A stretch of DNA of 64,000 nt from Octopus sinensis (lineage: Eukaryota). A model generated the notes under the pieces. The model was not told the DNA's origin. It worked only from the letters and a program-made list of their open reading frames with translations, and did no database searches. Location: contig NC_042998.1 in NCBI RefSeq assembly GCF_006345805.1, forward strand, positions 48,174,001-48,238,000, given 5' to 3'. The stretch's first letter is position 1; each line of letters begins with the position of its first letter. A program made the translations under genes and the position numbers. Below, piece after piece: positions 62,911-64,000 of this stretch.

Positions 62911-62949
62911 CCCTGCAGCAAAACCTAAACTGCCATCAAGAATTTTTCG
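62911..62949 (-). CDS. SLC39A11: ZIP11 zinc transporter, internal coding exon (RKILDGSLGFAAG), 39 nt, phase 0/0
   Basis: Minus strand tttttttcag|CGAAAAATTCTTGATGGCAGTTTAGGTTTTGCTGCAGGG|gtaaga; matches the recalled ZIP11 segment RRILDGSLGFAAG; in frame with the next exon. Confidence 0.95.
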
Positions 62950-63884
62950 CTGAAAAAAATAGAAAAAAAAATTTTTAATGATGAATATAGCAATTAATAA
63001 TTATCAAACGATCAAAGAAAAACGAAGAAAAACAATCAAAAGCAATCATTAAACTTTTGAAAAAGTAAGAAGACATGACACAAGTTCAAGAATATTGATT
63101 TTTAATTTTTATTTATTTTCTAATGCCACATGGTCTCAGATTTATAATGGCTAATGGGGTGTGATGTGATGGTCTCCATTTAGATTAGAGATATGAGAGA
63201 AGTGAATTAGTTTCTATTTGGAACTGGAATATGGCTGCAGACTAGACAGGTGAGGTAGGGTAGGATCTCATTTCTTCTGATGAAGCAAAGAAACCTCAGC
63301 TTTATTGCGAAGCAGGGAGCAAAGCATGTAACATATGCAGGGCTGGACTTATGTATGGGCCAATATGGATCTCCAGGTTTGGAGAGGACCCCTTCAACTC
63401 AGAGAAACCAAAAACTTGGAGTTAAATATTTAAAAATATATATTTACAGTAAGCAAATAAATACTTTGTAATTTTATTTTACTCATCTATTGACTTAGGG
63501 GCCCAACCAGGCCTAAATCAAGCCCTGCATATATGCCTTTCTCTGGGGCATTAGTAAATAGCACAAGTAAGATTAAATAGCATCAACTGGAATTTGAACA
63601 CTGATCATGGATTTCACTCATAAAAAGATTACCTATTATGGCATTTTTTGTTCCTCTCCGAAGAGATTTGAGGTGTAGAGGATACACTGTCTTACATAGA
63701 CATACAACAAAGCACCAGCACATGTTCTTACATTAACAAACATATTCACACACCTATACAAACATTTGAACATTTCAAAACATTTTTTTTTAAGGAGTGT
63801 GCTCGCTTAATTCACACACAAGCTGTCAACATTTTGACAGCTGACTGAAAGACCTCTTATAGCAAAGTGCCAATATCCCAGTAA

Positions 63885-63990
63885 TTTAATAATAATAAAA
63901 ATAATAATAATGATGATGATAATAAAAATAATAATAATAATGATGATAATAATAATAATAATAATGATGATAATAATAATAATAATCCTT
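63885..63990. repeat. (AAT)/(GAT) compound microsatellite, probably the tail of a minus-strand family-D SINE running off the window
   Basis: Followed by CCTTTCTACTATAG, the reverse complement of the D tail CTATAGTAGAAAGGATTATT. Confidence 0.75.
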
Positions 63991-64000
63991 TCTACTATAG

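Noticed and set aside
63275-63330. CTGATGA-AGCAA...TTGC-GAAG hammerhead-like arrangement
   Set aside because: GAAG replaces GAAA and there is no stem III or cleavage triplet; probably chance.
1-64000. CRISPR array, operon or other prokaryotic/viral system
   Set aside because: There are no constant-length repeat-spacer arrays or dense ORFs; the window is a spliced eukaryotic gene with TE-rich introns.

Overview
AT-rich eukaryotic DNA, most likely an octopus (cephalopod) genome; this is inferred from the tRNA-derived SINE and RTE repeat landscape, recognised from memory and not searched. The only host gene I can support is a minus-strand SLC39A11/ZIP11 (GufA-type ZIP metal transporter). Seven internal coding exons with canonical AG/GT boundaries (62911-62949, 57102-57269, 53711-53813, 31711-31938, 30923-30992, 27680-27778, 23238-23396; 866 nt) splice into one open frame, RKILDGSLGFAAG...IHNIPEGLAVG...[10 protein letters not shown]...[11 protein letters not shown] did not find the first or last coding exon, so they probably lie outside the window. 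The rest is intron packed with transposable elements: several tRNA-headed SINE families (some with 12-14 bp TSDs), RTE LINE 3' ends with (GAT)n tails, R4/Dong, RTE and L2/CR1 LINE relics, a ~1.9 kb MULE with TIRs, two non-autonomous Helitrons, pogo/Tigger-like and TTAA MITEs, a mariner fold-back, hAT relics and microsatellites. Nearly all ORFs in the supplied track are repeat-derived or spurious. I found no CRISPR array, no true tRNA/rRNA gene and no convincing new protein-coding system. The most unusual signals are structural: a circularly permuted 1.3 kb inverted repeat, a head-to-tail SINE array whose linkers look like re-used target-site duplications, a bipartite 5'+3' RTE derivative, combinatorial SINE head/tail modules and several fold-back elements. 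Repeat boundaries without a stated TSD/TIR are approximate, and family labels A-E are my own.
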